Source: a virus
Lineage: Duplodnaviria > Caudoviricetes
Reading direction: 5' to 3' (one strand)
IMG/VR virus record: IMGVR_UViG_3300008116_000220
Location: 1-42,742 of that record
Length of the DNA: 42,742 nucleotides
In this document: positions 25,321 to 34,813 of the stretch, in pieces
Position numbering within the stretch: position 1 is the stretch's first letter
Layout of the letters: every line of letters starts with the position of its first letter
Position numbers and translations under genes: made by a program
The notes under the pieces: generated by a model
What the model saw: only the letters and a program-made list of their open reading frames with translations
Told to the model about the DNA's origin: nothing
The model's database searches: none

Positions 25321-28300
25321 ATGCCACGTACCAGTCAAACTTTTTACTACTCTAGAAAATATACAGTTGATACTAGTAAAGAATATGATTCAAGTGCTGT
25401 AAATATTTTTGATGATGCTGGATTTTCTCTTGCTGTTTCTGTGGGTGGGACAGTAGGAATTTCTACAACTTTGATTGTTGGTATATCGACTTCTGGTATT
25501 ACTACAGATCATTATATACGGGAAATTAGTGAAATAATCCAACCAGGAACAAAAGTAATATCAATCCAGAATGGAAGTTTAGTTATTAATCAAGAGTCTT
25601 TAAATAATGTTTCCATATCGACGACTCTTGGGTTTGGTACTTATCCTGCATACTCTATTCCAGAACCATTTGCAAATCTTCAACAGGATAATATATTAGT
25701 AAATAATAATTTATTTTTACAAGGTCCAATTTATGATAAAACAGATTATAGTGGGGTACTTGGAGAAATACTTTTAACTGATGGAACTTCAGTATTTTGG
25801 AGAGATATTTCTGGTTTAGGAACACCTCTGCAAACTATAGGTGTTTGGGATGAGAATTTATTCAAAGGAATTGTTGCTAATTTAAATTTCTTTGATGGTA
25901 GTGATCCTAATAATTTGGTAAAAGCTGAAATCAGTGGTATTAGTAGTAAATTTGCAAATATTACTGTATCTGATAGATGGACATTAACATCTTCAGATAC
26001 TGCTAGTAATGCTGTTAGTTCAGATGTTTATAGGAATAGTAAAGTCGGTATTAATAACTATGTTCCCGAATATTATCTTGACGTTTCTGGTGACCTTAGA
26101 GTTACTGATATTGTAAGATTTACTAGTACACAGCAGTCTATTAATTTTTCTTCTGGCGCTTTAGTTGTAAATGGTGGTGTTGGGATTGGTAAAAATCTTA
26201 ATGTAGGAGGAAATCTTATTGTTGTTGGAACAGCAGATATTTTTGATGATACTACAATTGATGCTTCTTTGGATGTTACTGGTGATGCATATATTCAACT
26301 TCAATTAGAAGTTGATTCTTATGTTGATGTTGGAGATTATTTAATTGTACGTTCTACAGAAGATTCTTCAGGTATAGGTACTGGTGCTCTTGTAGTTGAA
26401 GGTGGAGTTGGAATTAAAAAGAGTTTAAGTATTGGTAGTTCAGTCTCTATAGGAAGTTCTACTGATTCTATAAGTAAAGATACTGGTGCTCTTGTAGTTG
26501 AAGGTGGAGTTGGAATTAAAAAGAGTTTAAGTATTGGTAGTTCTGTTTCTATAGGAAGTTCTACTGATTCTTCAGGTATAGGTACTGGTGCTCTTGTAGT
26601 TGAAGGTGGAGTTGGAATTAAAAAGAGTTTAAGTGTAGGAAGTTCTGTTTTTATAAGTGGAACTTATTCTTCTGTTGATAAAGATTCTGGTGCTCTTGTT
26701 GTTGAGGGTGGTGTTGGAATAGAGGAGAATTTAAATGTAGGAAATGATTTTTATCTTTCTGGAGATGCAGAAATCATAGGAACAGTTGATGTTCTTTCTG
26801 GAAATTCTTCTAATGATAAGGATTCTGGTGCTGTTGTTATAACTGGTGGTCTTGGTGTTGGAGAAAATATTAATGCAGGTGGATATATTACTGTTGGTAG
26901 TGTCCAAGAATCTACAAGCAAAGATACTGGGGCATTAATTGTTGAGGGTGGAGTTGGAATTGAGAAAAATTTAAATGTAGGTAAAGATGCTACTGTAAAT
27001 TCTACTTTAAAAGTTGGAGTAGCAGGCACTGTAATAACAACTACTGCAATAGGATCTGTTGGATTTGGTACTACTTCTCCGAGAAGAGATATTGAATTTA
27101 ATAATAAAGATGTATTTTTTAATCAGGGTGCGATTTATGATTCAAATGAAAATGTAGGATTTAGGTCAGAGCAATATCAAGTTCCTAGGAATGTTTTAAC
27201 TACAGTTGGGGTTGATACTGGCGGAAATATTATTGCGGGAAGATTTTTTGATGCAGCAAATTTAATTAGAATTAATTTAGATTTTATTGCAAATGAATCT
27301 ATTGGATTTTTAACTAGCACTGATTATAAAAATCCTCCATTTACAGTTGTCAATTCCTCTGGTATTGCTACTGATCCCGTAAATTGTAAAGATGATATTA
27401 AGAGTATATTAAAAGCAATTACTTATGATATTACTCGCGGAGGGAATTCCCAATCAGTAGGAGCTGGACTTTCTTATTATAGTGGAAATACTTTAGTTCA
27501 TATTGGTGGAACTGATACTAATGGATATTCTGTAAAAGATGCGACAATAGTTGCTATCACTACAGCGTCTCAACTTGCAAGATATGTAATTAATAATGTA
27601 GATCCACCAAAATCATATCAGAGTATTGGATCTAGTATATTTCAAATAAAAGATTTTACAATTCAAGATGATCTTTCTGTTGGATCTAATTCGAATTTAA
27701 ATGGATGTGTAAATGTTGCTTCTGCAATAGCGGTTTGTGCAGGGATTGTAACAACAATTATACGTAATGGACCTTCAGCATCTCCAAATAGAACTTACCC
27801 TGATGGAAAAATTATTTGGGCACCTGCTGGAGCAGATTCTAAGAATCTTATTTACGTGTCTAAGTATGGAAATGATGATAATAATGGAAGAACAGAGGGA
27901 TCTGCAAAATTAACAATTGGTGCTGCTGCTGCAATTGCACAACCCGGTGATACTATTATGGTTCGTTCTGGATTTTATATTGAAGAAAATCCAATAGGTT
28001 TAAGAACTGATGTTTCAGTTAGTGGTCAAGACTTGAGATTAGTTACTGTTTGTCCTCAATATGATGATGATGTTTTTTATGTTAGAAGAGGATGTTTGAT
28101 TGAGAACTTGAGTTTTGCTTTTGGTAAAGTACCTTTTTATGCTGGAGAAACTGTGGTTCCGATTTCATTTAAAAAAGGAGCAGCAGTAGCATTCCCTCCT
28201 CCTATAGGTATTGGTGGAGCAAGGAGTGGATATTTAGATCCTGGTCCAGCTAATGAAGGTCCTACCGGAAGATGGAGATCACCCTATATTAGAAACTGTA

Positions 28301-29520
28301 CTAATTTTATGGGCGGAAGTATTGGAATGAAAATAGATGGCGATCATTCTACAACGCTAGATCCAAGTAATCTTTCAAATGATCTTAAATGTATGGTTTG
28401 TGATTCATTTACTCAATATAATGAAAATGGAATTGGTGTATCAATTACAAATAATGGGTATGCTCAATTAGTTTCTATTTTTACAATTAATTCTCATATT
28501 GGAATTTATGTAGATAGTGGTGGTTCTTGTGACCTTACAAACTCCAATTCTTCTTTTGGTAATTTTGGATTGGTTGCAGTCGGACTTGGAAGAACTGAAT
28601 TTTTTGGGAAAGTATATAATTCTCCTCAAAATTTCCAAGATCCACCTACTAGATCTCAAAATGGAGTTAATGCTGGAAGTGATAAAGTAACTTTCTTTGA
28701 TGTTAAAGATGAACTTGGACGATATAGAAAACCATTTGATGGGCAGGCATTATTCTTTGAAATTGATCTGAGCAAATATCCAGACACAGTAGTTCCAAAT
28801 AAAAGTGTTCCTAATATATTAGATCAACCAATGAAAGATGTACAAGAAATTAAAGTTCTTAATGGTGGATCTGGATTCAGTGCTGCTGCTCCCCCAACAG
28901 TTTTAATTCGTGATGCTGATGATCTTTCTCAATCACCGAAAGGTCCTCAAGGAATTATTGCTGAGTTGAGTCCAACTGTTGATCCTGTTACTGGATCAAT
29001 AGTTGCTATTGATGTTGTGAATAGTGGAAGAAATTATTTACCAACTCAAAATCTTGAAGTTTTTATTCCAGATACGGGAAATACTGGTGTCGCGGCGACA
29101 GTTATTACTCGTCCAATTTATTACACTGTTGATTCTGCTACTGATCCAGTTTCGGTTGGTATTGGTTCAGTTACTACTGTAACATTTAATCAATTCATTC
29201 CTTATGAGTTATTTGGAGATGAAGATGTTTCTTTCAAAAGAATCAGTCGTATTTTGACCAGTTCTCATTCCTTTGAATACATTGGATGTGGAACAGATAT
29301 AAATAAGGCAACACCCTTTGTTGGGGCAGTTCCTATAAAAGAGAATGAAGTTGTTGCTTTAGATGGAGCACAAATTCCATTTACAAGTACTGATCAAAAA
29401 GGAAATTTTGATATTGGTGAAGGATTCCAAATTAATCAGCCAACAGCGACGATTAGAGGAAGAGATTTTAGTAAAGCAATACAGGCGGAAGTAACTCCAC
29501 TCATACTGGCATTGAGATAA
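25321..29520 (+). CDS. Tail fibre/spike protein with GALVVEGGVGI shaft repeats and a pectin-lyase-like beta-helix
   Basis: Seven GA(L/V)..GG.G repeats. YVSKYGNDDNNG...AKLTI..A...AQPGDTIMVRSG.Y.E is a beta-helix cap. RSPYIRNCT and SHSFEYIG motifs. Confidence 0.75.
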   Translation: MPRTSQTFYYSRKYTVDTSKEYDSSAVNIFDDAGFSLAVSVGGTVGISTTLIVGISTSGITTDHYIREISEIIQPGTKVISIQNGSLVINQESLNNVSISTTLGFGTYPAYSIPEPFANLQQDNILVNNNLFLQGPIYDKTDYSGVLGEILLTDGTSVFWRDISGLGTPLQTIGVWDENLFKGIVANLNFFDGSDPNNLVKAEISGISSKFANITVSDRWTLTSSDTASNAVSSDVYRNSKVGINNYVPEYYLDVSGDLRVTDIVRFTSTQQSINFSSGALVVNGGVGIGKNLNVGGNLIVVGTADIFDDTTIDASLDVTGDAYIQLQLEVDSYVDVGDYLIVRSTEDSSGIGTGALVVEGGVGIKKSLSIGSSVSIGSSTDSISKDTGALVVEGGVGIKKSLSIGSSVSIGSSTDSSGIGTGALVVEGGVGIKKSLSVGSSVFISGTYSSVDKDSGALVVEGGVGIEENLNVGNDFYLSGDAEIIGTVDVLSGNSSNDKDSGAVVITGGLGVGENINAGGYITVGSVQESTSKDTGALIVEGGVGIEKNLNVGKDATVNSTLKVGVAGTVITTTAIGSVGFGTTSPRRDIEFNNKDVFFNQGAIYDSNENVGFRSEQYQVPRNVLTTVGVDTGGNIIAGRFFDAANLIRINLDFIANESIGFLTSTDYKNPPFTVVNSSGIATDPVNCKDDIKSILKAITYDITRGGNSQSVGAGLSYYSGNTLVHIGGTDTNGYSVKDATIVAITTASQLARYVINNVDPPKSYQSIGSSIFQIKDFTIQDDLSVGSNSNLNGCVNVASAIAVCAGIVTTIIRNGPSASPNRTYPDGKIIWAPAGADSKNLIYVSKYGNDDNNGRTEGSAKLTIGAAAAIAQPGDTIMVRSGFYIEENPIGLRTDVSVSGQDLRLVTVCPQYDDDVFYVRRGCLIENLSFAFGKVPFYAGETVVPISFKKGAAVAFPPPIGIGGARSGYLDPGPANEGPTGRWRSPYIRNCTNFMGGSIGMKIDGDHSTTLDPSNLSNDLKCMVCDSFTQYNENGIGVSITNNGYAQLVSIFTINSHIGIYVDSGGSCDLTNSNSSFGNFGLVAVGLGRTEFFGKVYNSPQNFQDPPTRSQNGVNAGSDKVTFFDVKDELGRYRKPFDGQALFFEIDLSKYPDTVVPNKSVPNILDQPMKDVQEIKVLNGGSGFSAAAPPTVLIRDADDLSQSPKGPQGIIAELSPTVDPVTGSIVAIDVVNSGRNYLPTQNLEVFIPDTGNTGVAATVITRPIYYTVDSATDPVSVGIGSVTTVTFNQFIPYELFGDEDVSFKRISRILTSSHSFEYIGCGTDINKATPFVGAVPIKENEVVALDGAQIPFTSTDQKGNFDIGEGFQINQPTATIRGRDFSKAIQAEVTPLILALR
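26362..26650 (+). repeat. About three near-identical 102-bp tandem repeats inside the fibre gene
   Basis: ACTGGTGCTCTTGTAGTTGAAGGTGGAGTTGGAATTAAAAAGAGTTTAAGT starts at 26380, 26482 and 26584. Confidence 0.92.
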
Positions 29521-29523
29521 AAA

Positions 29524-30192
29524 ATGGCAATAGCACCACTTAATAAATTTTTAACAATTGCAGTTCCTGTTGCTCCAGGAGAGCAACTTATTTACACTAC
29601 CCCAACGGGAGTATCTGCGATTGTTCTTTATGCGCAAGTATCTAATGTGGGGATAGGAACATATCCAACAGTTACTTTTACGCATAGAAGAAAAAGTACA
29701 GGATCTAGAACATTTGGAAATATTAGAGACACTAGAATTATTAAAAATGCAGAAATTCCTCCTAGCGATTCATTAATCATTATTGATGGAAGATTAATTT
29801 TAGAGAGAAATGCTACACTTATTGATTCTATTTTAATTGAAGGAACTCAGTCTGGAATTGTATCTATTTCTAGTTGTCGATATGATAATACTACGGGAAT
29901 AACGACTATAACAACATTCAATCCACATAATTTTAATGTCGGTGATGAAATAACTATGAGTGGATTAGCTTTTACTTGTACTGGGTCATTTGGTATTACT
30001 ACTACAATATACCCATCACCTCAACAATCTTTTACTGTTGATTCCATTATTGGCAGTGTTGGAACATCTAAAACTTTTGTGACTAATTCTGGTGTAGCAA
30101 TTGGTATTACTCATCATTATGTTAGTGGTGGATTGGTTGGACCTCTTCAAATGGAATTTATTTGCAGCATTCTTGAAAATAGCACGACGTAA
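29524..30192 (+). CDS. Virion structural protein (fibre-associated)
   Basis: IYTTPTGVSAIVLYAQVSN N-terminal domain, with an inserted YDNTTG..TITT..PHNF.VGD.I module. Confidence 0.7.
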   Translation: MAIAPLNKFLTIAVPVAPGEQLIYTTPTGVSAIVLYAQVSNVGIGTYPTVTFTHRRKSTGSRTFGNIRDTRIIKNAEIPPSDSLIIIDGRLILERNATLIDSILIEGTQSGIVSISSCRYDNTTGITTITTFNPHNFNVGDEITMSGLAFTCTGSFGITTTIYPSPQQSFTVDSIIGSVGTSKTFVTNSGVAIGITHHYVSGGLVGPLQMEFICSILENSTT

Positions 30193-30197
30193 TTTAT

Positions 30198-33170
30198 ATG
30201 ACTAAAAGATATTTAAGTGGTAGAAATAAGGTAAAACCATTTTCTGGATTAAGTACAGATAGGCATCTTTATCTATATCCAGATGAAGCAGAACCTAATT
30301 TAGGATATCCTGGAGAAAAAAGTACAATTGGTATTGCGGGAACTTATTATAAACTTGTAACTCTAGATTCTGATAATTTATATGATAGGTACTGGATTCC
30401 AGAAGCTCCCCAAACCTATTTGAATGGGCTTACTATTTTTGATGAGGATGTTGCTTTAATTGCAGGAATTAATAGCGTATCTAAATTGAATTTTAGAGGC
30501 AACTCTGTAAATGCAACTATTGATTCTACTGGAACTATTTCCACGATTACCGTATTTGCGCCAGGGGACCCTGGAAATTTTATATACACTAGACTTAATA
30601 ATAGAAATGATAAAGATTTTTATGCCACTTCTTACATTCAATATGATTATGTAAATTCTAGAGTTGGTATTGCTACTACTTTACCTGATGTTGGATTGGA
30701 TGTAAATGATGAACTTAGACTTCGTTCTCGTTTATTTGATTTTGAAAATAGTTCTGGCAATCCTGGGTCTATTTTAACGTCTTCTGGCGATGGTGTTATG
30801 TGGTCAGCACCATATGAGCTGATGTTCCAAGGTACCCAAGGTACCCAAGGTACTCAAGGCACTCAAGGTATTCAGGGACTTCAGGGAACTCAAGGTCTTC
30901 AAGGTCTTCAAGGTTCTGGTGGTATTCAGGGAAATCAAGGCACTCAAGGTCTTCAAGGAATTCAAGGTCTTCAAGGGGTTCAGGGTCTGAGTAATCAAGG
31001 AACTCAAGGAACTCAAGGTACTCAAGGTACTCAAGGTACTCAAGGTACTCAAGGAAGACAAGGAATTCAAGGACTTCAAGGTTCTGGTGGAGAAACTGGT
31101 ATTCAGGGTGCCCAAGGTCTTCAAGGTCTTCAAGGTTTAAGTAATCAAGGTACCCAAGGTACTCAAGGACTTCAAGGCACTCAGGGACTTCAGGGTCTTC
31201 AGGGCACTCAAGGTGTTCAGGGTCCAGCTGGAACTATGCAAGGTACTCAAGGTACTCAAGGTCTTCAAGGTCTTCAAGGCACTCAAGGTACTGGAGGTAT
31301 TCAAGGCACTCAAGGAACTCAAGGTCTTCAAGGTCTTCAAGGTTCTGGTGGTATTCAGGGAAATCAAGGAACTCAAGGTCTTCAAGGTCTTCAAGGAACT
31401 CAAGGTTCTGGTGGTATTCAGGGAAATCAAGGTACTCAAGGCACTCAAGGTCTTCAAGGTCTTCAAGGTTCTGGTGGTATTCAGGGAAATCAAGGCACTC
31501 AAGGCACTCAAGGTCTTCAAGGTCTTCAAGGTCCAGCCGGAACTATGCAAGGCACTCAAGGCACTCAAGGCATTCAAGGTCTTCAAGGTCTTCAAGGTCT
31601 TCAAGGTCCAGCCGGAACTATGCAAGGCACTCAAGGCACTCAAGGCACTCAAGGTCTTCAAGGAACTCAAGGTTCTGGTGGTATTCAGGGAAATCAAGGA
31701 ACTCAAGGTCTTCAAGGTCTTCAAGGTACTCAAGGAAGACAAGGAATTCAAGGACTTCAAGGTCTTCAAGGAGTCCAGGGGTCTGGTGGAATAAAGGGTG
31801 ATGACGGTATTCAAGGCACTCAAGGCACTCAAGGCACTCAAGGTCTTCAAGGACTTCAAGGTACTCAAGGAACTCAAGGTCTTCAGGGACTTCAGGGAAC
31901 TCAAGGTCTTCAAGGTCTTCAGGGTTCTTTAAGTAATTTTCAAGGCACTCAAGGTCTTCAAGGTATTCAGGGTCTTCAGGGAACTCAAGGACTTCAGGGA
32001 GAAAGTTTTCAAGGTACTCAAGGAACTCAAGGTATTCAAGGACTTCAGGGAATTCAAGGTACTCAAGGTCTTCAGGGTTCTTTAAGTAATTTTCAAGGCA
32101 CTCAAGGTCTTCAAGGTATTCAGGGACTTCAAGGTATTCAAGGTTCTGGTGGTATTCAGGGAAATCAAGGCACTCAAGGTCTTCAAGGTCTTCAAGGTCT
32201 TCAAGGAACTCAAGGTTCTGGTGGTATTCAGGGAAATCAAGGAACTCAAGGTCTTCAAGGTCTTCAAGGTCGTCAAGGTATTCAAGGACTTCAGGGTTCT
32301 TTAAGTAATTTCCAGGGAACTCAAGGTCTTCAAGGCACTCAAGGTCTTCAAGGCACTCAAGGTGGTGGTGGTATTCAGGGAAATCAAGGCACTCAAGGTC
32401 TTCAAGGTCTTCAAGGTCATCAAGGTCGTCAAGGTATTCAGGGTTCTTTAAGTAATTTCCAGGGAACTCAAGGAAGACAAGGAATTCAAGGTCTTCAAGG
32501 AACTCAAGGTGGTGGTGGTATTCAAGGTAATCAAGGTACTCAAGGTATTCAAGGAATTCAAGGTACTCAAGGAACTCCAGGTGGTAGTGGTATTCAAGGT
32601 AATCAAGGTCTTCAAGGTACTCAAGGTCTTCAAGGTTTTCAAGGAACACAAGGACTTCAGGGATTTCTAAGTAATTTTCAAGGTACTCAAGGTATTCAAG
32701 GAATTCAAGGTACTCAAGGTACTCCAGGTGGTAGTGGTATTCAAGGTAATCAAGGTACTCAAGGTATTCAGGGTACTCAAGGTCTTCAAGGACTTCAAGG
32801 AAGTCTTAGCAATTTCCAAGGTATTCAAGGAATTCAAGGTACTCAAGGTACTCCAGGTGGTGGTGGTATTCAAGGTAATCAAGGTACTCAAGGTATTCAG
32901 GGTACTCGGGGTCCTCAAGGAACACAGGGAATTTCTGGACTTTTTGCTGGTATAGGAAACCAGGGAACTCAAGGTGTTCAAGGTCTTCGTGGTCCTCAAG
33001 GAGAGGTGGGAATTCCAAATGATGGATTATTAACTTTATCTGCTGGTACTGGAATTACATTAAGTCTCAATCCTACTTTTAGTGCAAATCAAAGTTCAAA
33101 TAAAACAATTACAATTACTGGAACGGGTATTTCTAATCTAGATATTTCTAGTCTTCCTTTGTTGCCATAA
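30198..33170 (+). CDS. Collagen-like fibre protein (Gly-X-Gln repeats)
   Basis: About 730 aa of QG(T/L/I)QG triplets with periodic interruptions; globular N- and C-termini. Confidence 0.88.
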   Translation: MTKRYLSGRNKVKPFSGLSTDRHLYLYPDEAEPNLGYPGEKSTIGIAGTYYKLVTLDSDNLYDRYWIPEAPQTYLNGLTIFDEDVALIAGINSVSKLNFRGNSVNATIDSTGTISTITVFAPGDPGNFIYTRLNNRNDKDFYATSYIQYDYVNSRVGIATTLPDVGLDVNDELRLRSRLFDFENSSGNPGSILTSSGDGVMWSAPYELMFQGTQGTQGTQGTQGIQGLQGTQGLQGLQGSGGIQGNQGTQGLQGIQGLQGVQGLSNQGTQGTQGTQGTQGTQGTQGRQGIQGLQGSGGETGIQGAQGLQGLQGLSNQGTQGTQGLQGTQGLQGLQGTQGVQGPAGTMQGTQGTQGLQGLQGTQGTGGIQGTQGTQGLQGLQGSGGIQGNQGTQGLQGLQGTQGSGGIQGNQGTQGTQGLQGLQGSGGIQGNQGTQGTQGLQGLQGPAGTMQGTQGTQGIQGLQGLQGLQGPAGTMQGTQGTQGTQGLQGTQGSGGIQGNQGTQGLQGLQGTQGRQGIQGLQGLQGVQGSGGIKGDDGIQGTQGTQGTQGLQGLQGTQGTQGLQGLQGTQGLQGLQGSLSNFQGTQGLQGIQGLQGTQGLQGESFQGTQGTQGIQGLQGIQGTQGLQGSLSNFQGTQGLQGIQGLQGIQGSGGIQGNQGTQGLQGLQGLQGTQGSGGIQGNQGTQGLQGLQGRQGIQGLQGSLSNFQGTQGLQGTQGLQGTQGGGGIQGNQGTQGLQGLQGHQGRQGIQGSLSNFQGTQGRQGIQGLQGTQGGGGIQGNQGTQGIQGIQGTQGTPGGSGIQGNQGLQGTQGLQGFQGTQGLQGFLSNFQGTQGIQGIQGTQGTPGGSGIQGNQGTQGIQGTQGLQGLQGSLSNFQGIQGIQGTQGTPGGGGIQGNQGTQGIQGTRGPQGTQGISGLFAGIGNQGTQGVQGLRGPQGEVGIPNDGLLTLSAGTGITLSLNPTFSANQSSNKTITITGTGISNLDISSLPLLP
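30828..33012 (+). repeat. 9-bp-unit coding tandem repeat (CAAGGTACT/CAAGGTCTT/CAAGGAACT)
   Basis: Seen directly; contains higher-order blocks SGGIQGNQGTQG, PAGTMQG and SLSNFQG. Confidence 0.95.
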
Positions 33171-33172
33171 AT

Positions 33173-34150
33173 ATGCCAATACAAAATAATGATCTTTTTT
33201 TGGTCAGTAGAAATAGTACAAACTATAAAATAGAGGCTCAAAATTTAATGACTGTTCAAGATACTGATTTATTTTTAGTAAGTAGAGATTCGACTAATTA
33301 CAAAGTTCCTGCATCGGAACTTAGAAAATACTTTGGTGCAGAAGATTTTACTGTAGAAATATGGGGAAGAGGGTTTACAAATCAACAGTATACAGGTAGT
33401 AATGGTGGTGCTTCTGCAACTGTTGTTAATGGTGGTGGAGGATATACAAGACTTTCTATGAAAATCCCTTCTTCATATACTTTACAAATAAGACCAATAT
33501 ATTACGCTGGTGGAACCCGTAATACTACACAGTTTGATACTTACGATGGAGGTGCAAGTACCACTACTTCTTCTACTCCAGATACTGGTGGTGCTGCTGC
33601 TGGAATTGGTATCAATAATATTTGGTTAGCTGTTGTTGGTGGTGGAGGTTTGGGAATATATCAATATAGTTTTACTAACAGTAATATAACCATAAATGGA
33701 AATACCCCATACTTTTATGCTTCTAATGCTAGTTTGGGTAGCGGAACCGGTGGAAAAGGTGGATATAATTTGGCTAATCCAACGGCAGAGCCTGGAATCG
33801 GTGCTAGCGCGAATAGTAACATTACCTTTTTTCTTACAACCGTAGCTCCTGGGCAAATCTATGCCTATGGTAATGGAACAATTGGAGGCGAAGGGGGGGC
33901 TGGCGCTCCCCCAGGATCTGCGCGACAAGGTGGTGGCGCAAATATAAGAATATGGTATGAAAAACAAATATTAGATGGATTCTTAAATTCTTTTCCAGAT
34001 ATAAAAATGACGTTTCAAAATTCTGCTGACGGATCTCATTTTTCTGCACCAAAGGTTAGAATAACAAGTAGATTAACAGATAATTTTATTGAATATACTA
34101 CGAATCAAGATGTTTTGGTGAGTAATTTAATAACGCAACTAGTAGGGTGA
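33173..34150 (+). CDS. Glycine-rich virion/fibre-tip protein
   Basis: Duplicated N-terminal DLFLVSR.STNYK motif, then VEIWG.G...GGGGY and GGAAAGI....LAVVGGGG Gly-rich domain. Confidence 0.65.
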   Translation: MPIQNNDLFLVSRNSTNYKIEAQNLMTVQDTDLFLVSRDSTNYKVPASELRKYFGAEDFTVEIWGRGFTNQQYTGSNGGASATVVNGGGGYTRLSMKIPSSYTLQIRPIYYAGGTRNTTQFDTYDGGASTTTSSTPDTGGAAAGIGINNIWLAVVGGGGLGIYQYSFTNSNITINGNTPYFYASNASLGSGTGGKGGYNLANPTAEPGIGASANSNITFFLTTVAPGQIYAYGNGTIGGEGGAGAPPGSARQGGGANIRIWYEKQILDGFLNSFPDIKMTFQNSADGSHFSAPKVRITSRLTDNFIEYTTNQDVLVSNLITQLVG

Positions 34151-34169
34151 ATGTTTTGATTATTGATGC

Positions 34170-34198
34170 TTGACAAGAATTTTTAGATCTGTTATGAT
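34170..34198 (+). promoter_or_regulatory. Sigma70-like early promoter with extended -10
   Basis: TTGACA (34170-34175), 17-nt spacer, TATGAT (34193-34198) preceded by TGn. Confidence 0.8.
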
Positions 34199-34223
34199 AC
34201 ATCAGTAATCAAAAGAGATCCGA

Positions 34224-34406
34224 ATGCAAGACGAGTACCTCACACGATGCGTTGTTGATCCAATCAAGCGAACTGTGTATTTGTATTCCAGTGAAGGGAC
34301 AGAAAAGCAAGTGACCTGCGATACTGTAGATGAGTTTATGAATGTGCTAGAATTTGTTCGTGGGGTTCTTGATGAAGACACTCTTTGTTATGCAAATCCA
34401 CTCTAA
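34224..34406 (+). CDS. Conserved cyanophage hypothetical protein (60 aa)
   Basis: ORF directly after an early promoter with an AAGAG SD; EYLTRCVVDP..R..YLYS..G....V.CDTVDEFMNVLEFVR. Confidence 0.75.
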   Translation: MQDEYLTRCVVDPIKRTVYLYSSEGTEKQVTCDTVDEFMNVLEFVRGVLDEDTLCYANPL

Positions 34407-34424
34407 AACCAAAATTGACCTTTA

Positions 34425-34484
34425 AATCCATTTTTGGTCGAAAAAAATTCCAGCAAAATTTTTACCTTATTACTTTTTCAAATG
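34425..34484 (+). repeat. Copy 2 of the 60-bp leader element
   Basis: 27-bp identity to 3192-3218 and the same distance to the downstream ATG. Confidence 0.9.
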
Positions 34485-34688
34485 AATCCTTATCGCATTA
34501 ATTATAAAGCACTGAAGGAAGAATCAGTGAAAACAACACCAGAAAATGTGAAGGAAGCAAATGAGAATTTGTTTTGTGCAAAGTGGAATTTACCAACTGC
34601 AGCAAAACATTGTGGAATGAGTGAAAAAGAAATGCGCTTGACATTCTTCGAGTACTTGAAGTATAATCCAAATACTTACAAACCTTGA
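34482..34688 (+). CDS. Small hypothetical protein with a possible helix-turn-helix (start ATG34482)
   Basis: VKTTPENVKEANE.LF..KWNLPTAAKHCGMSEKEMRLTFFEYLK; AAKHCGMS resembles an HTH turn. Confidence 0.75.
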   Translation: MNPYRINYKALKEESVKTTPENVKEANENLFCAKWNLPTAAKHCGMSEKEMRLTFFEYLKYNPNTYKP

Positions 34689-34703
34689 AAACTTGGTTTT
34701 TCT

Positions 34704-34783
34704 GCCCCTGTGGCGAAATTGGTAAACGCAGTTGATTCAAAATCAACCGCTTCGGCTTGTCGGTTCGAGTCCGACTGGGGGCA
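34704..34783 (+). tRNA. tRNA-Leu(CAA)
   Basis: Acceptor GCCCCTG/TGGGGGC; anticodon arm GTTGA-TTCAAAA-TCAAC; short variable arm; T arm GTCGG-TTCGAGT-CCGAC; no encoded CCA. Confidence 0.9.
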
Positions 34784-34784
34784 C

Positions 34785-34813
34785 TTGACAATCTAAGGTT
34801 CTTGCCTTATGAT
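34785..34813 (+). promoter_or_regulatory. Sigma70-like promoter between tRNAs
   Basis: TTGACA (34785-34790), 17-nt spacer, TATGAT (34808-34813). Confidence 0.75.

Noticed and set aside
2377-28659. Short antisense or out-of-frame ORFs inside gp32, tape-measure, PA14 and fibre genes
   Set aside because: Fully nested in long conserved genes, with no recognisable motifs or RBS; expected from codon bias.
30828-33012. CRISPR array or DGR-like repeat
   Set aside because: Repeats are contiguous codon triplets without unique spacers. No cas or reverse transcriptase gene and no adenine-specific TR/VR pair was seen.
30804-33018. Many alternative-frame and antisense ORFs (LKTLKT, KVFKV, LEDLE repeats)
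   Set aside because: Shadows of the 9-bp collagen repeat, which lacks stops in several frames; no independent start signals.
33167-33173. ATAAATA late-promoter match
   Set aside because: Overlaps the stop and start codons, so transcription would begin inside the gene; probably incidental.
34434-34481. N-terminal extension MVEKNSSKIF... of the 84-aa ORF call
   Set aside because: It runs through the repeated non-coding leader element; ATG34482 is the better start.
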